A stretch of DNA of 64,000 bases from the human T2T-CHM13v2.0 reference genome, Homo sapiens. The notes beneath the pieces are model-generated. The model was not told the DNA's origin and searched no databases. It saw only the letters and a program-made list of their open reading frames with translations. This document shows, piece by piece, positions 1 to 13,769 of the stretch; the first letter of the stretch is position 1; every line of letters begins with the position of its first letter. The translations under genes and the position numbers were made by a program. The stretch lies in assembly GCF_009914755.1 (NCBI RefSeq), contig NC_060928.1. One strand, written 5' to 3'.

Positions 1-196
1 CAGTCATTAGCTTATCTATCATTTTAATGTTTTACCACATTGTGCCAACAGCCACTAAGAACATGACATGTCTTTAAAAGCCGTCCACATAAAGATGGCT
101 AGAACATGAACTTGACGCACACTGTTGATCAAAGAATAACTAAAAAGTAATGTAGCTCATAATGTAGATGTGAAAAGCCCTATATAGTATTAGTTA

Positions 197-500
<304 letters not shown>

Positions 501-1599
501 TAGTAATTTTATGTCATGTGTTTCACCTGACTTTATCTAAATTTCCATGTTTCTATTCGCTTTATCCCGTTCCAAATAAAGATGTATATTTGGTAATGTT
601 CTATTAGATTGTATTTGGGTCTTCTGAAAATGAACTAAAATGCCATGATATCATGAAGCTCCCAGTAGTGATAAAAGAAAATAGTTTATTGTGGTTAGGT
701 TTTGTTAGTATTAATGCACCACGCTACAAATGCCTTTAAAAAGGCTTGTTAATAATAAGGCCTTCTTAAAACTTCTCCCAAAAGAAAAAAGGATGTACTA
801 GAAATGCCTTAAAGCAAATAACTAAATTTCTAAAACTACCTTCCCATTTGATTAACTTGTGATTAATAAAATATGTAACACTAATTCACTGTTATCCTGG
901 AAGGCAAGTAAGTTACAGAATATAGCATATAACAATGACAGGAGCTGAATTTTTATAATTGTTTTACTCCATGTAATCTTGCAAAACAAGCATTTTAAAT
1001 CCTTTTATAATGTGATCATCATAATAATTATTCCAATTTATACTGGGAGGAATTTCTATCAAAACTGATTGTCTTATTTTTAAAAAGACTGTATGTGTTA
1101 CTAAATATCAAGTATACGCTCATTTACTACTTTAAAAAAGAACCTTTCATGGCTTCAGTCTTTTAAAAAAACAAACCATATAAATGTGTATATCGACCAC
1201 TAATTTTTAACTCAACTGCTATGGTTAAATTATTTTATTAATTATATATTTTATACACCACGGAACAGTCACCATAGTTCAATGATGTCTCACAAATTAT
1301 TGTCCATTTTAGCATTTTAGAACTTTTCCAGCATGAAATGTATGTAGAAAAGTGATGCATGTCAGAAATGTAACCTCGACATCTATGCTAAGAACTCAAT
1401 AAAAATGCTGTGAAGAGTGACTATATACAGAGTGGAGACACACCGGCATAATTGTACAAAGAAAGAAAACCGTAAAAGCCAAACTTGCTTTTAACCTCAA
1501 GACCAATAAAGCATTAAGCTTCATGTAAGCTTAACATCTTCACCTTACTATTCTGAGTTTTGGTAGAGAAGAAAAAGAAGAAAACAGATTATCTGTTCT

Positions 1600-1770
1600 G
1601 GTCTACTATGAGCCAGGTACTATGCTGGGTATTTTTTTTACATCTTCCAATCTTTGTGGTAAAAGATGCTGAGCTCTCAATACCCCCTTTTTGCTGATGG
1701 GGAAGCACACTTAGAGAAGTCAGGCTGTTGTGCACAGCTCACAAGCTAATCAATGTCGGGTCGGGCTCTC
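1600..1770 (-). mobile_element. MIR relic
   Basis: Degenerate antisense MIR core (ccccttttttgctgatggggaagcacacttagagaagtc); boundaries approximate. Confidence 0.45.
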
Positions 1771-2332
1771 TGATCTTCCCCGTGGGGACAATGGTCTTCC
1801 AGAGTTTTTCCACTCTCACAAATCAGTCTCGTCCATAACCAGTAACTAAGGCTCCACAGATCATTACAATGATTCTCAAATGAAATGGAGGAGGAACACT
1901 TGCAGTAAGAGCTCCTGAGGAGATTCCTTTTCCACTCCAGCCTAGAACCCTGTCCTTTCCACAGATGATGCCTACGAGGCCCAAGGACTTTGGGGAAATA
2001 AAGGCCCAGGTGAGTTAAGAACGTGATAAGTAGGTCTTTGACTTTCAGACCCGGGTCCTTTCTACACTGCTACAAAGCCTCCAGCATTAACATTATTTTA
2101 CCGGCTAAAGCAAAGTTTCGGTTCAAAACAATTCTGGAAAAAAATAAGCATATAAAAAGCTTAATATTATATAAACATATTATATAATATCCATTAAAAA
2201 GGTAAACAGTTTATGCATGAAGGGCCAAAGTGTGGATGAAACTGTATGAATTATCCTTACTCTGCAACCACTACAAGTATTAAAAATAATGAAATACTAT
2301 ACATTTACAATAGTTAACGATCTTAAACTTAC

Positions 2333-2451
2333 CTTAAGCCATAGCAAGGCAAAGTGAGGAGCCTGAATAGTGCCAGGAAAACTCTTAAAGGAAGCAGGGT
2401 GAACACATACAAAAACGCATCCAGGCACAGAAAGATTCCAAAAACCATCAG
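2333..2451 (-). CDS. TAPT1: TAPT1 coding exon 3 (119 nt), LMVFGIFLCLDAFLYVFTLLPLRVFLALFRLLTLPCYGL(R); first hydrophobic/TM segment
   Basis: Acceptor: poly-T...aaaattcag|CTG; donor AG|gtaagt. Phase 0 start matches the 330 nt from exons 1+2; translation matches TAPT1 as I know it. Confidence 0.95.
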
Positions 2452-3242
2452 CTGAATTTTAACAAGGAGAGAAGAAAAAAAAAAAGTATTTTAAAAATAC
2501 TTGTAGATGAAAATTCCAAACAACCAGAATTTCTAAACATTATAAAAAATTAATTTCTTAAAACTTAGCCCTGGGAATAACAAATTAACAGTTCTTCTCT
2601 TCAAAGAGTGAGTCTGTGCTTCCTCAGAGCCTTTGGTTTACGACTCACAAAAGAAATTACTCAAAAACAAGTTGCCCTTGACCATAGTTAATGGCACATC
2701 ATCTGATGCGGCTTTCTGAGTACTTCCTCAAGCTCTAGATATTATGGAAAATCTTTATTCCTCATAATTTTGCTATTCCTGTTTATTAGAATGCTTCATT
2801 GATGGGAAAGACTGGAATATATATTGAGTTACAATATTGTTTATGTTAAAAATATGCAAACTGATCACTAACTTTAACACAATTTCATGTGCACTGAAAC
2901 TTGCTGCACTCAGAAGGCCTTCTTCTTAATTCCAGGACCAGCCTCCTAGTGTTTATATTTCTCCTCCTTTCTTGAGTACTTGCCATACCCTTTCTTTTTG
3001 TGGTATCATTAGACACTCTTACTTGTTAAGTTTAGGACTATATTTCACAGAAAGAGGGTGAAGTCTTTCGAGGACTTGGCCAAGTAGCCACCACTAGGCT
3101 AACAAACTCAGCTACTCATTTTAAGAGTGGCAACTTTCTGTATGTCTGACACACAATTATGGTATGATACATATGCCCTCACCACAGCATCCATGTATCT
3201 TTAGTCAATAAATTGCCCTGCCTCCACAGATTAAAATTCATA

Positions 3243-3678
3243 GTTACAGGCTGAACTGTGTCCTCTCTATCAAGTTCCTATGTTGGAACCTCAGAATGTA
3301 ACCGTGCTTGGACATAGGGTCTTTAAAGAGGTAATTTAAGTTCCTATGTTGGTACCTTAGAATGTAACCGTGCTTGGACATAGGGTCTTTAAAGAGGTAA
3401 TTTAAGTTTAGGTCATTAGGGTGGGCCCTAATCCAGTGTGACTGGAGTCCTTATAAAAGAGGAAATTTGGACACAGGCACAGACAGAGGAGAGATAATAT
3501 GAAGACCGAAGAGGAAGGCAGCCATCTGCAAGCCAAGAAGAGGCCTCAGAAGAAACTACCCCACTGACACTCGATTGCACACTTCCAGCTTCCAGAACTG
3601 CAAGATAATAAATGTCTGTTGTTTAAACCACCCAGTCTATGGTACTTTGTTATGGCAGCCCTAGCAAACAAATTCACA
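3243..3678 (+). mobile_element. MaLR solo LTR (MLT1A/B-like) with internal 66-bp tandem duplication
   Basis: Typical MLT1 motifs: gggtgggccctaatcca..tgactgg..ccttataaaagagg, gccatctgcaagccaag, cttccagaactg..aataaatgtctgttgtttaaaccacccagtctatggtactttgttatggcagccctagcaaac. Confidence 0.85.
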
Positions 3679-6600
3679 TGTCTTTAAATGAAAGAATACA
3701 CTTTATTAATTTTTGATAAAAATATCTCAAAAATATGCTACACATAATATTTGCCAGATTTCTTAATCTGAATATATAGGCCCTTTTTTTGTTTTTAACA
3801 ATTTAGACTCATTATGAACAGCAGTGAAAATACGATGCTAGATTAGCATAGAGTCACGTGTGGTAGATTAGCGTAGAGTCCCAGTGTTGCATGTTTTCTT
3901 GTCTTACACACAAAGCAGTACAGCAGGAGGCTGAGCAAGGTCCATATAGATAGAGTTCATGGTCCTTTTCTATTACTCTCCTATCACTGAGAAGCCTTTC
4001 CGTCCTTGCGAGTGGACTGCTGGTTCAGTACTGAGGGCAGAAACTGCCAGAAACCTGATGTTCCCAGGAGCGTTTGTGATCCACTAAAAAGTTGCAACTC
4101 AGTCTGAAAATCAGGTCCCGGATAGGCAGCCAGGCTGAAATTTAGTTCCTTCCTAGGCAGCTTCCAAAGCACTGAAGACAGTTCAGCTCAAACTGACTAC
4201 AGAAAGCTTTGCAGAAGAGTATACGAGTGGGAACACACTGGGAAGTTCTTTGTGCAAAACTGAATTAAAAGTACTGAGTTACAAACTGCAGACATATAAT
4301 TTTAAAATATTTTCTAAAATTCATTCTCAGCAGCGATTTATCAAAATGTACATGTTTCAAAATAATCTTTTGCTTAATTAATATCTTCAGGTACTTCTTT
4401 AAAATAAAAAGAGTTATAAGTGAAAACAATAAAAGGACAGAAATGTTCACCAGGCTCTCTGTCTCTGAGAGATCTTTTCTGGAAGGACTTCAGAAGCCTT
4501 CTACAGGTTCTGGGCAACGCAACCGGGCACTGGCCAGGTGCTGGGCTTGGGCCCTGCCTGTGCATGGCCGCAGTCTAGTACCACCCACACTCTGCAGTGA
4601 GACAAGGAGTTGGCCTGGGTTCTTGAGTGGTGGAGGCAGAGCCAGGACTTCACTCAGTCTGCAGAAAACTGAAGCACTATTTCTACTAATGACACTTTCA
4701 CTCATCCTTCTGGCCTCACTCACCACTGGATTTACCATTATACACATTTTAAAATAAAGTTTAACATAAGTTTTTAACATCTGAACTTTAATGCTAAGGA
4801 AATTACAAAATGAAAATTATCCTGTGACATTGTAAGTAAACAAAATATTCACTTGTGAAAATTTCTACAACCTGCTCTTAACATATTTATTTTGAACCTA
4901 ATAGTACTGCACTTAGCATCTGAAAAATACCTGCCTCAAGAGAAATAAACAAGTAAAAACGCCAGCCTCTTTCTGTGGGGAATGAAGCAGGGTTTCTTCA
5001 CCTTTTAAAAAATCTACGTGTCCCTTTATGACAAAAATCTCCTGCCCTTCTTTTAGCACCATTTGAAATTTCAAAATAAACAAAATGTTATGGCTAAAAT
5101 GAAAGAAGCATAATGATTTTGCAATATATCTCCTTGAATTACACTAACCATCTTCTGGAAATTCTGAATACCATCTCCTCCACCACAACCACCAAATACC
5201 ACCTGCTAGTCGAGGATCGCTGGTCTAGGGTGTTAGAAAGTAGGAGTAAAGAGGCTTAGTCTCACTTTTATAAAGCTTGTGCTAAAGCTCTGGGTCTACT
5301 CCTGTAAAAGCAGAGACCATATCTTGCTTAATACTGCACTGGGAGGAAAGACATCCTCTCCAGGGAATTCACAACCCAGTGAGCTTGACACAAACCGCAT
5401 GCTAAGTGCCAGATGAATGATGTGCTCTGGAAACACAGGTGAAGAGCCTGGGTCTGTAAAGCGTGTGTATTTGGGGGCAGGTGAGAGTGGCATGCACACC
5501 ACAGGGAAGGAGGTGCAAGAGATAGCAGAGATGTCCCACAGAGGAGAGAAGACAGGCACTAGATTTTGCCAGGCAGTAAAGAGGACCGAATTTCAAACCA
5601 AGGAAAGAGCATGCACAGGTACAATGTGAGTAGCCTCCTAGTGGTGAGGTTAGGATATAATCATTATGCAAGAGGCATAAAAATCACGTTCAGTTCATTG
5701 CTAAGGAGCTCAAATTTTCATTCTTAGGTTCCAAGGTATCCTTGTCTTTTGACTGTTTTCACTTATAGCTCTTTTATTTTAAAGAGGTACCTGAAGATGA
5801 TTAGGTTATTTTGAAACATGTACATTTTGATAAATCTCTGCTGAGAATGAAGATGTTCTCAATAAACTCACATATAGGGATCAACAATCAGCAGAATGTT
5901 AAGGGGAACAGGATATCAATAAGAAAACTATAAATGACTGACTTTGAAAGCAATTACTGCAGATTCAAGGTCATCCCTACAATAAAATCATTTTAATCAT
6001 CCGAATTAAAAAATTCATGCCCCAGAAAGTCTATACTCTAGGAGATGGCCAACAAAGGGATTATCATGAGCCAAGTTCTCTTACGATAGGCAAGCTATGT
6101 AAGCATATGCAGCCATGGAAAACAAGTCAATTGATTTTAATTTGTAGGACTATGCACATAGAATGATCCTGAGACTTTCTTGCTTCTCTTACTTCCAATC
6201 CATGTTGAATACTGTTATATTTTAAGCACGTGACCCACATTAACTTGATCCTCACAACAACCCACCAGGCAGGAACTATTACTTGGTATTTTGCTTGCTA
6301 CAGACAGGGCTTAGACAGGGCTGTGGTGCTCCTGCTGAGAGGCTGGAATGATGCAGCAAGGCAGGAGTGCCCTCAGGGTCCCAGGGCAAGACTGAGTGTC
6401 ACCTAAGGAACAGAGGTCTTAGCTGCGGCTCTAGGCTCTGATCCTACACCTTCTATCTAGGATGAGATCGACTTTCTAGGGAGTGGTCAGCACGAAGCAC
6501 CACAGCAGGCTGCAGTGAGCAGAGAGGACAGTACGGAAGGAGAAGAGCCATCAGTGTGAATGATCACAGCAGCCTGACATAGGACAATGGAAAGACAGAG

Positions 6601-8189
6601 AAGAGAAATTTAAGACTGTTTCCAAAGCTGAAATGAGAGAAATAAGTGATTGATTCACAAAGATAAACATGGCCCCATGGTGCCAAGTTCAAAAATTATC
6701 TTTTAAATACATTAATAAATGTGCTAGAGGCCTAAAGGCTTTGCTGGCTTGTCTTAGAACTATCTGATGAGTCTCATATGCCCAACCTCCCCTGAGAAAA
6801 TTAAGAATGGTAACACAGTTGCAGAAAGAACGTGGAAGCTGTGGTCACTACCACCACAAGCAGGGTGTGACAAGCCTCGGAGAGAAGGCGAGAAGCACCA
6901 GCCAAGGCTGCTGAGATTCTGAGACATGTGGATCCCTACTGGCTTTCCTGCTTCTCAGCAGCCACACAGCAGGGGCTGGGGGACAAGGAGGGGGAACATC
7001 TGCACAAGGGTGTGTCACCAGCAAGAGCTGCATTATGAGAAGAATTTAGAGGGATGATTCTCTGAACATGTTTTTATGAAATCAGAAACTGACTAGGATG
7101 CCCAAGAAAACACTGCCATAAATATGGGTCTGAGTAAATACTCTCTATTAGTTTCACAATGAAATCCCAGGACTGTTTTACTGAAATAAAGGGGAAACAA
7201 TAGTCATTACGTTTTCTTAACATATCCTCACACTGACATAAAACAAAAAGGCTTTATATGACATTTTAAGTCCGTTCGTTTGAAATGAACTTTTGGATTA
7301 TTTTTTCCTAAATGTTAACCCCACCACGACCTTCAAAAAGGCAAAATTAAGTTACTCCACTAGACATTTAAATCTTTCCATCTACCCTCACCATTCCTCA
7401 CAGGCAAACTCATTCAATGAATCATGCACTATTAGACCTTTTGAGATGACCTAGGTACAACCTTCTAATCATAGAAGAAAGTAAAACCCAAGAGAGATCT
7501 GATGCCTTGATCAGGCCTCAGCTATTACAAACAGACTCAAGAAGCTAAGGTTGTTGATGCTTGATTACAAATAATTCCCCTGTATGACAGTAACCCTTCC
7601 CCCTTTCAACAATAATAGTCTATGCCTAGTAATAACAATATATCAATACTTACACCTTCAATCTGACAAATTTAAGGCTTATAAAAATTTGCTACATTGG
7701 TAAGAAAACTAAGTCATTCTATTTAAGCAGTTGAATTTAATTTTTAGAAAAATGTATTAAATAGCTATAATGTACAAGGCATGGTAACAATGAAATAATG
7801 AATTGCCAAAAAGCACAGAATTACAAGGTAAAGAAAAGTCAACAGAATATTTTCATTTTAGTTTAACCAGATATGCAAGCTTACATGAACATATATAAAC
7901 ACGGAAAAGAATATTGCTAAAAGGCTTCATGATAATCCACAACATACATCTGACATATTTAACCCAAGAAATAAATACCATGAGAGGGGAATAAGTAAAT
8001 CAAATGAAGATTTTAATTTGTAGAATTAAATTATGTAATTGTAGAATTAAATTAGAATTTTAATTGTAGAATTAAATTATATATTAACTATATTCATGGA
8101 AGGATCTTGAGCTCTCCCTGCTTGTCTCATTTCCAGTCCATGTTGAATATGACTATACTAATTTTCCAGAAAGAAAGCTCTGACGGATG

Positions 8190-8665
8190 GCTAACCCAAT
8201 AACCATTCTCAGTTCTTTTCTGTTTGTTGGAAAAGCCTAACATTCACTGTCCTAGCCTCCTTTGCAGCTGGGAATGGCTATGTAGCTCAGTTTGGACAAT
8301 AAGACAGAAGTGGAAGTATTCCAGGCCACGTCTGGGAAATCTTTCAATCTTTATAAAAGGCATAGTCAAAAAAGTGGCAATGCCCACCCCATTTCTTTGT
8401 TTATAATGCAGATGTAATGCCGAGGTTGCAGCCGTCATCTTTCTACTAGAAGACAACAAGCAAGAGGACCCAAAGCCAATTTGCCAAGGATGGCAAAATA
8501 GAAAGATGAAAAGGACTTGGGTCCGTGACAGCTTCATTAATCTGCTGCAACAACTGAGACCTCTTTTCTTCTAGATTTGTTGAAAAAAATAATTTCTTAC
8601 TTGTTTAAATGACTGTTAGCCAGCTTTTCCATTCTATACACCTAAAAGCATTCCTAAGAAATATA
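8190..8665 (+). mobile_element. Old ERVL/MaLR-class LTR relic (LTR33/MLT1J-like)
   Basis: cctagcctcctttgcagctgggaatggctatgt...gcagccgtcatct...aaaagcattcctaa motifs; family uncertain. Confidence 0.5.
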
Positions 8666-8737
8666 TATTTAATAGTCTCCTTCCATAGACTCAACTCTAA
8701 ACTCTCCAGCCTGACCATTCAACATAACTGGATCTAG

Positions 8738-8952
<215 letters not shown>

Positions 8953-10419
8953 AGTCTATCTTTCTTTCCAGCATGTGTCGGTGGTTTCCTGTTCACACCT
9001 AACAATTTTCCACCTCTGGATCTTCCTAGCATAGCCACCCCATCCTACAAAGCATATACGACAAAATCTCTCTCTTTTTCCTTCCTGGATCCTCGTCCCA
9101 GGTCTGTTGTCTAGGCACACTTCCCCTTCTCTAAATTCTTCATATTTTATTTGTACTATTTAAAAGCACTTGTCACGTTGTATCCTGTATTATAATAACT
9201 TATGGATCTGATATCTCCTAAGCTAGGTGTGAGTCTTATCTCTGTATTTTGCACTGCAAAAGTGCCTTCTTGGAACATAGAAAGTACTCAAAATATAGAT
9301 GGAGCAAATTAATAATTAAGTGTGTAAGTGATCTTTATCTTTCTAAATTTGAATTTAAACATAACAGGAAATTTTAGAAGATCCTATAATGTGTATTTCT
9401 TTACTATTTACTGTAGCTTTAGATTCACAAAGATGACAAAATTAGTCCTTAGACAAGGGACAATTTTGTACCTGATGCATGGTAAACTGTTCCTAGGGGA
9501 CCTAAATGGAGAGCATATACTACTAGCACATACCTCCACCAAACAATGGTGGAAGGAGAGATCTGTCTGGAAGTCAATGTAGAACTGCCACCGTGGGGTG
9601 GACAAAGGAATTGGAGCTTTAATAGTATATATATCTTGTGAGGCTGTTGAATGGATTGAACGCAAACACATGTAAAATGCCTAGGACAGTATCTGACACC
9701 TAATCCTTACATAACAAACATTATTTATTATTCACACAGAAATGGATACAAGAGGTGGGATGTAAGTGTCCAAGTCAAGGTGGGGTATGGGACAGTGAGA
9801 ACTCACTCACCAGGAATTTCCTCTTTAGGAAACTGGTGCTCCCTGCCCTTGATTTCACCAAGCCTCTGGTTAAAGCACCCTGTTTCTGTTATAACTGTAG
9901 GCTTCAGGCATGTGCCCATTGAGGCCAGACTCTATAGGGCTTGGCAGAAAATGTCAGGGTGTGTTATCATCTCTCATGGCCATTGGTTATGTTCTTCATG
10001 AAAGAGATCAGCTTTACCCCCAGACAGCCTAGGTAAAAGGAAAGAGGAAAGAAGACAGCTTTCCCTAGAGGTTTTTTCTGCCTATGGTCAGCAACCCAAG
10101 AGGGCCAAGAGCCAGAAAATCATGCCCCTTGCAGGGTTAGCAAAGTCGAATTTAGTGGCAAGCAAAGCAGGGAGATTAAAAGTATAATGTGAGATAAAAC
10201 TGGGACACAGGGAAATCCTAAAAACCACACCTCTCCCAATCACCTCCTGCTGTGCACATCCCAAAGATGAAAGCTATCCCTACTGCAAAGAAAAATATTA
10301 CATCCACCAGAATGTAATCGGGGACAAGCAACCTTTAAATTCCTCTCACTCTAGCAGAGTAGTGCATTCCCCCTGAGTTGCTGATGTGAAGGTTGTGAAA
10401 AATTTTACATGCTTACCAT

Positions 10420-10560
10420 ATAATTAATATATAGATGAGACAACTTAGGCAGAGAATGATTAAGTGAATTGCTCAAGGACTCACAGCCAATCAACTGTGA
10501 AGCCAAGACTCAGAGTTAGACAGTTCGGCTTTAGAGATGATCCCCTTAAACACTTTGCTA
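10420..10560 (-). mobile_element. MIR relic
   Basis: atagatgagacaacttaggcagagaatgattaagtgaattgctcaagg..cacagc core. Confidence 0.55.
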
Positions 10561-13500
10561 TCTTGCCTCTCAATTTAGAAGGCAGAGAAAGTATAGTTTA
10601 ATCTCCTTGGTTGTATAAAAAAGAAAAATAAAGTTCCCAAAGTGGACTACATAAACAGCAGAAGATCTGGTACATAGAACCCAAGGGGTTGTAGGGTCAG
10701 GGGAGGACATTTATGGTGGAAGAGAAGAAATGTCTCTCAAAAGCCAATAAAACACTCCAAAATTATATACCCTTAGCTTAAAATAAGAAGTTTAAGAGTG
10801 AAAATAATGTGCTAATAATTGGAAATACTATGTAAAATATATAAGCAATTCATTTTTACTAAATGTCAAGTATAAGGTATTTATCCAATGACAATACAAC
10901 ACAAAAATTGGGGTGTTTTTTTTTTCACATTAGTAAACAGGTTTGATAAGACATATTAAGTTGACCTTCATCTTAAAATATAAAAATTAATTACATGTTT
11001 TATGGTGTTTGCAACCTTTGTAGAAGCAAAGTGCGCTTTAATTTTCAAGTTTCTCTTCCTGAAAAGGTTAGGTGAAAATATCATAGCATTCATCGAAAAA
11101 AGAAAAAAAATGAGTAAGATATTATATATTAGAATAGACAATGTAAACAAAAAAAGCCAATAAAAAATTATTTAGGTTATCTTGCATGTCTAGATAGGCT
11201 CTCAACTCATAATAAAAACTTTAAGTGAAATCCTACTTATAAAAAATAAAGGCCTTAAAGATAGCAGAGTGAATTCATGCAGTTATGAGAGATATTTAAG
11301 CCTGGAATTAAACTGAAACCTAAATTGGCTTTCCTCTACATCCCACTTGGTTTTAGAAGTTAAGAAAAAATGCTCCAAACAGAAAATCATGATGTTCTTT
11401 TGTACATTTAGGCTACAAAGCTTCTTAAGTATTGTTCTAAGAGACTACATCAAATTTTCCCAAACAGGCCTAAAGCCTCTCTCAGGGAAAACAAAAATCA
11501 TTAGAAAATTATTACAATTGTGTATGAGCAGTGTTGATGCAACTTTTCTGACATTATACATTTACATTCATACAAATGGAACCAAAGTTTCATGAAACAA
11601 TACTTATTCTTAGTATAGGCAATGTTCTCTAATACTTCTTCTATTTTCTTAAAAAAAAAATTCTGATGGCAACTTATACTGATTACTTGACCCATTAGTG
11701 GTTCTATAGTGGACCACAATTTAGAATCACTGGTTTATACTTTAGTCTCATCAAGACATAAGTATAAGCTATTTTCTCCAGAAAACAATTTATACTCATA
11801 ATTACAACCATGAAATGCTTATTAGTTTCTGTGAGAAATCTACCCCAAAACATTGCTTGCTATTTCAGTGTTGCCTTAAGAGAAAGAAAGAAGGAAGCGT
11901 GAAACCAGCCTGTCTCTGCTGAGGTAACAAAATCAGGAGTGGATGTTGCCACTGCTCATTAGTTTTGCCACAGGAGGGGTAATAAAAGGGGTGAGACAGA
12001 TACCAACCCACTTTGAAGCAGTCCCCTGGTTGTGTTCATAAAGTTTGGTGGGAGTTGCAGGCAAATCCCTCTGTGTTCTCCCCAGAGAAAAATGGGAGTT
12101 CATAACTACTCAGAAAGACAGGAAACAAATTCCCCTGTAGAGGGCTGAGGCCAGGTGGGCAAAAGCTGATTGTGGCTGGCACTATCCTGTCCAAATACAG
12201 GCCCTGGCAGGCTGTCCTTCCCACTTCCCCTGCACTGTGTCCTCACACTTCCATCTCATGGCTTATTGCTGGAAGAAAGCTGCAAAGCAAGCTAACAGTC
12301 TTTTAAGACACAAGAACTGGTTTAATCTTTTATTTTTTTCCAAGTAAAAGAAACATCCGCCTACCCTACTCCTTTCCCCAAACAAAATCTTCGATAAATC
12401 TCAATGTATAAGACAGAGCTGTTGCTGCGCTGGAGAGGAGTGCTGTGGAGAGCCCTGCCCACTCCTCCTCCCTCCTTATCTGTAAGTCCCTCAGGCCCCC
12501 CCAGGGAACTCTAGTCCTCTAGAAATGCAGGAATACAGTAATAGTTGAGCATATTTAATGATCCTTGCTAAAGGCAATCAAACCACTGCCATATTTGTTC
12601 TCTAATCTTTGCTTGCTCACCAGCTCTCTAAATCCCACCCTAATACAGAACTCCCTAAAACTTCAGCAAGTGACGCTTCACCAAGAACCTACATAAAGCA
12701 ACATTTCTGAAACTGTCACTCTACATTTCGCTCTTTTTCTTCTATTAAACTGATAGACTATCAGAAATAGAACATCAGCCAAACCAGCTGGGTCCTTACT
12801 CCTCATTGCCTGCAGTACCTCTTGTTACTACAATGTACCAATAAATCCAGCCAACCAAACTCTTCTGATAGCCACTCCAACAGAAAGTATGATTCTAAGA
12901 AGACGACTGGACTATTACAAGATTTACGTTACTACAGAAGTATGAAAACATGTTTCAATATAGCTGAAGCTGAATTATTTCTTCTTTTCTTTTAGCAAGA
13001 AATTTTGGAATTGCTTAGACTCACCAACTCTAGCATCGCCTAGGGGAGAAGGGGCTGCTTTCCCAGCCTATTTTATTGGTCTTGATAGGATAAGGCACAG
13101 CCAAGGAATAAGACACGTGAAGATGTAGTGCTGCTGTTACTACACTCACCCTGTAATGTGATGCTTCCTGTGATAAAGATTAAACAAACCATCTTTTTCT
13201 TTGAAGAGACTGTCCTGTATGTTTATAAACATGTGGGCTTTCTGAGAAACTGAAACCTTTAAAAAGGCTGAAATTAAATAATTTATCATGCTGAATGGGG
13301 GAAAAAAAACCTGTTTCTAGTAAAAGAGAACTGAAGGGAACTAAAAGGGTACAGAAGTAGAGATTAATTCCTTACAAAAGTTATTTTGATGTAGCACACA
13401 ATGATAATGATAGGCAGAAAAGTTCAGATTTTGATAGATCTATTAATATCCTATCACTGGGTCTTACACTAAAAAATGTAACTTTAAAGCTTCTTCCTGT

Positions 13501-13638
13501 AAGGAAATTTCTACTCCCCCAATAACATTATTTCAATTATTTAAAAAACTCAACTCTAGCTGTTGACCATTTTTTTGCATAATTAATACTTTGACATAAC
13601 TTTCAAAATGATGTCTGGTAATGAAGAAAAAATAGTAC

Positions 13639-13769
13639 CTTTTCCAATTCTCTTGGTATTCGCAAACAAGTGTATACTCTTTCTCTTCTTTCTGTATACT
13701 TGGCCTCATTATGTTCAAGGAAGTACCCTCTTGTTAGTTCAGCACTGAGGAACCTCAACAATGAAAGCT
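13639..13769 (-). CDS. TAPT1: TAPT1 coding exon 2 (131 nt), (E)LSLLRFLSAELTRGYFLEHNEAKYTERRERVYTCLRIPRELEK
   Basis: Acceptor ttttcttttctgtag|AG; donor AAG|gtacta. Phase 1 completes GAG (Glu67) with exon 1; peptide visible in ORF 13603..13797. Confidence 0.96.
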
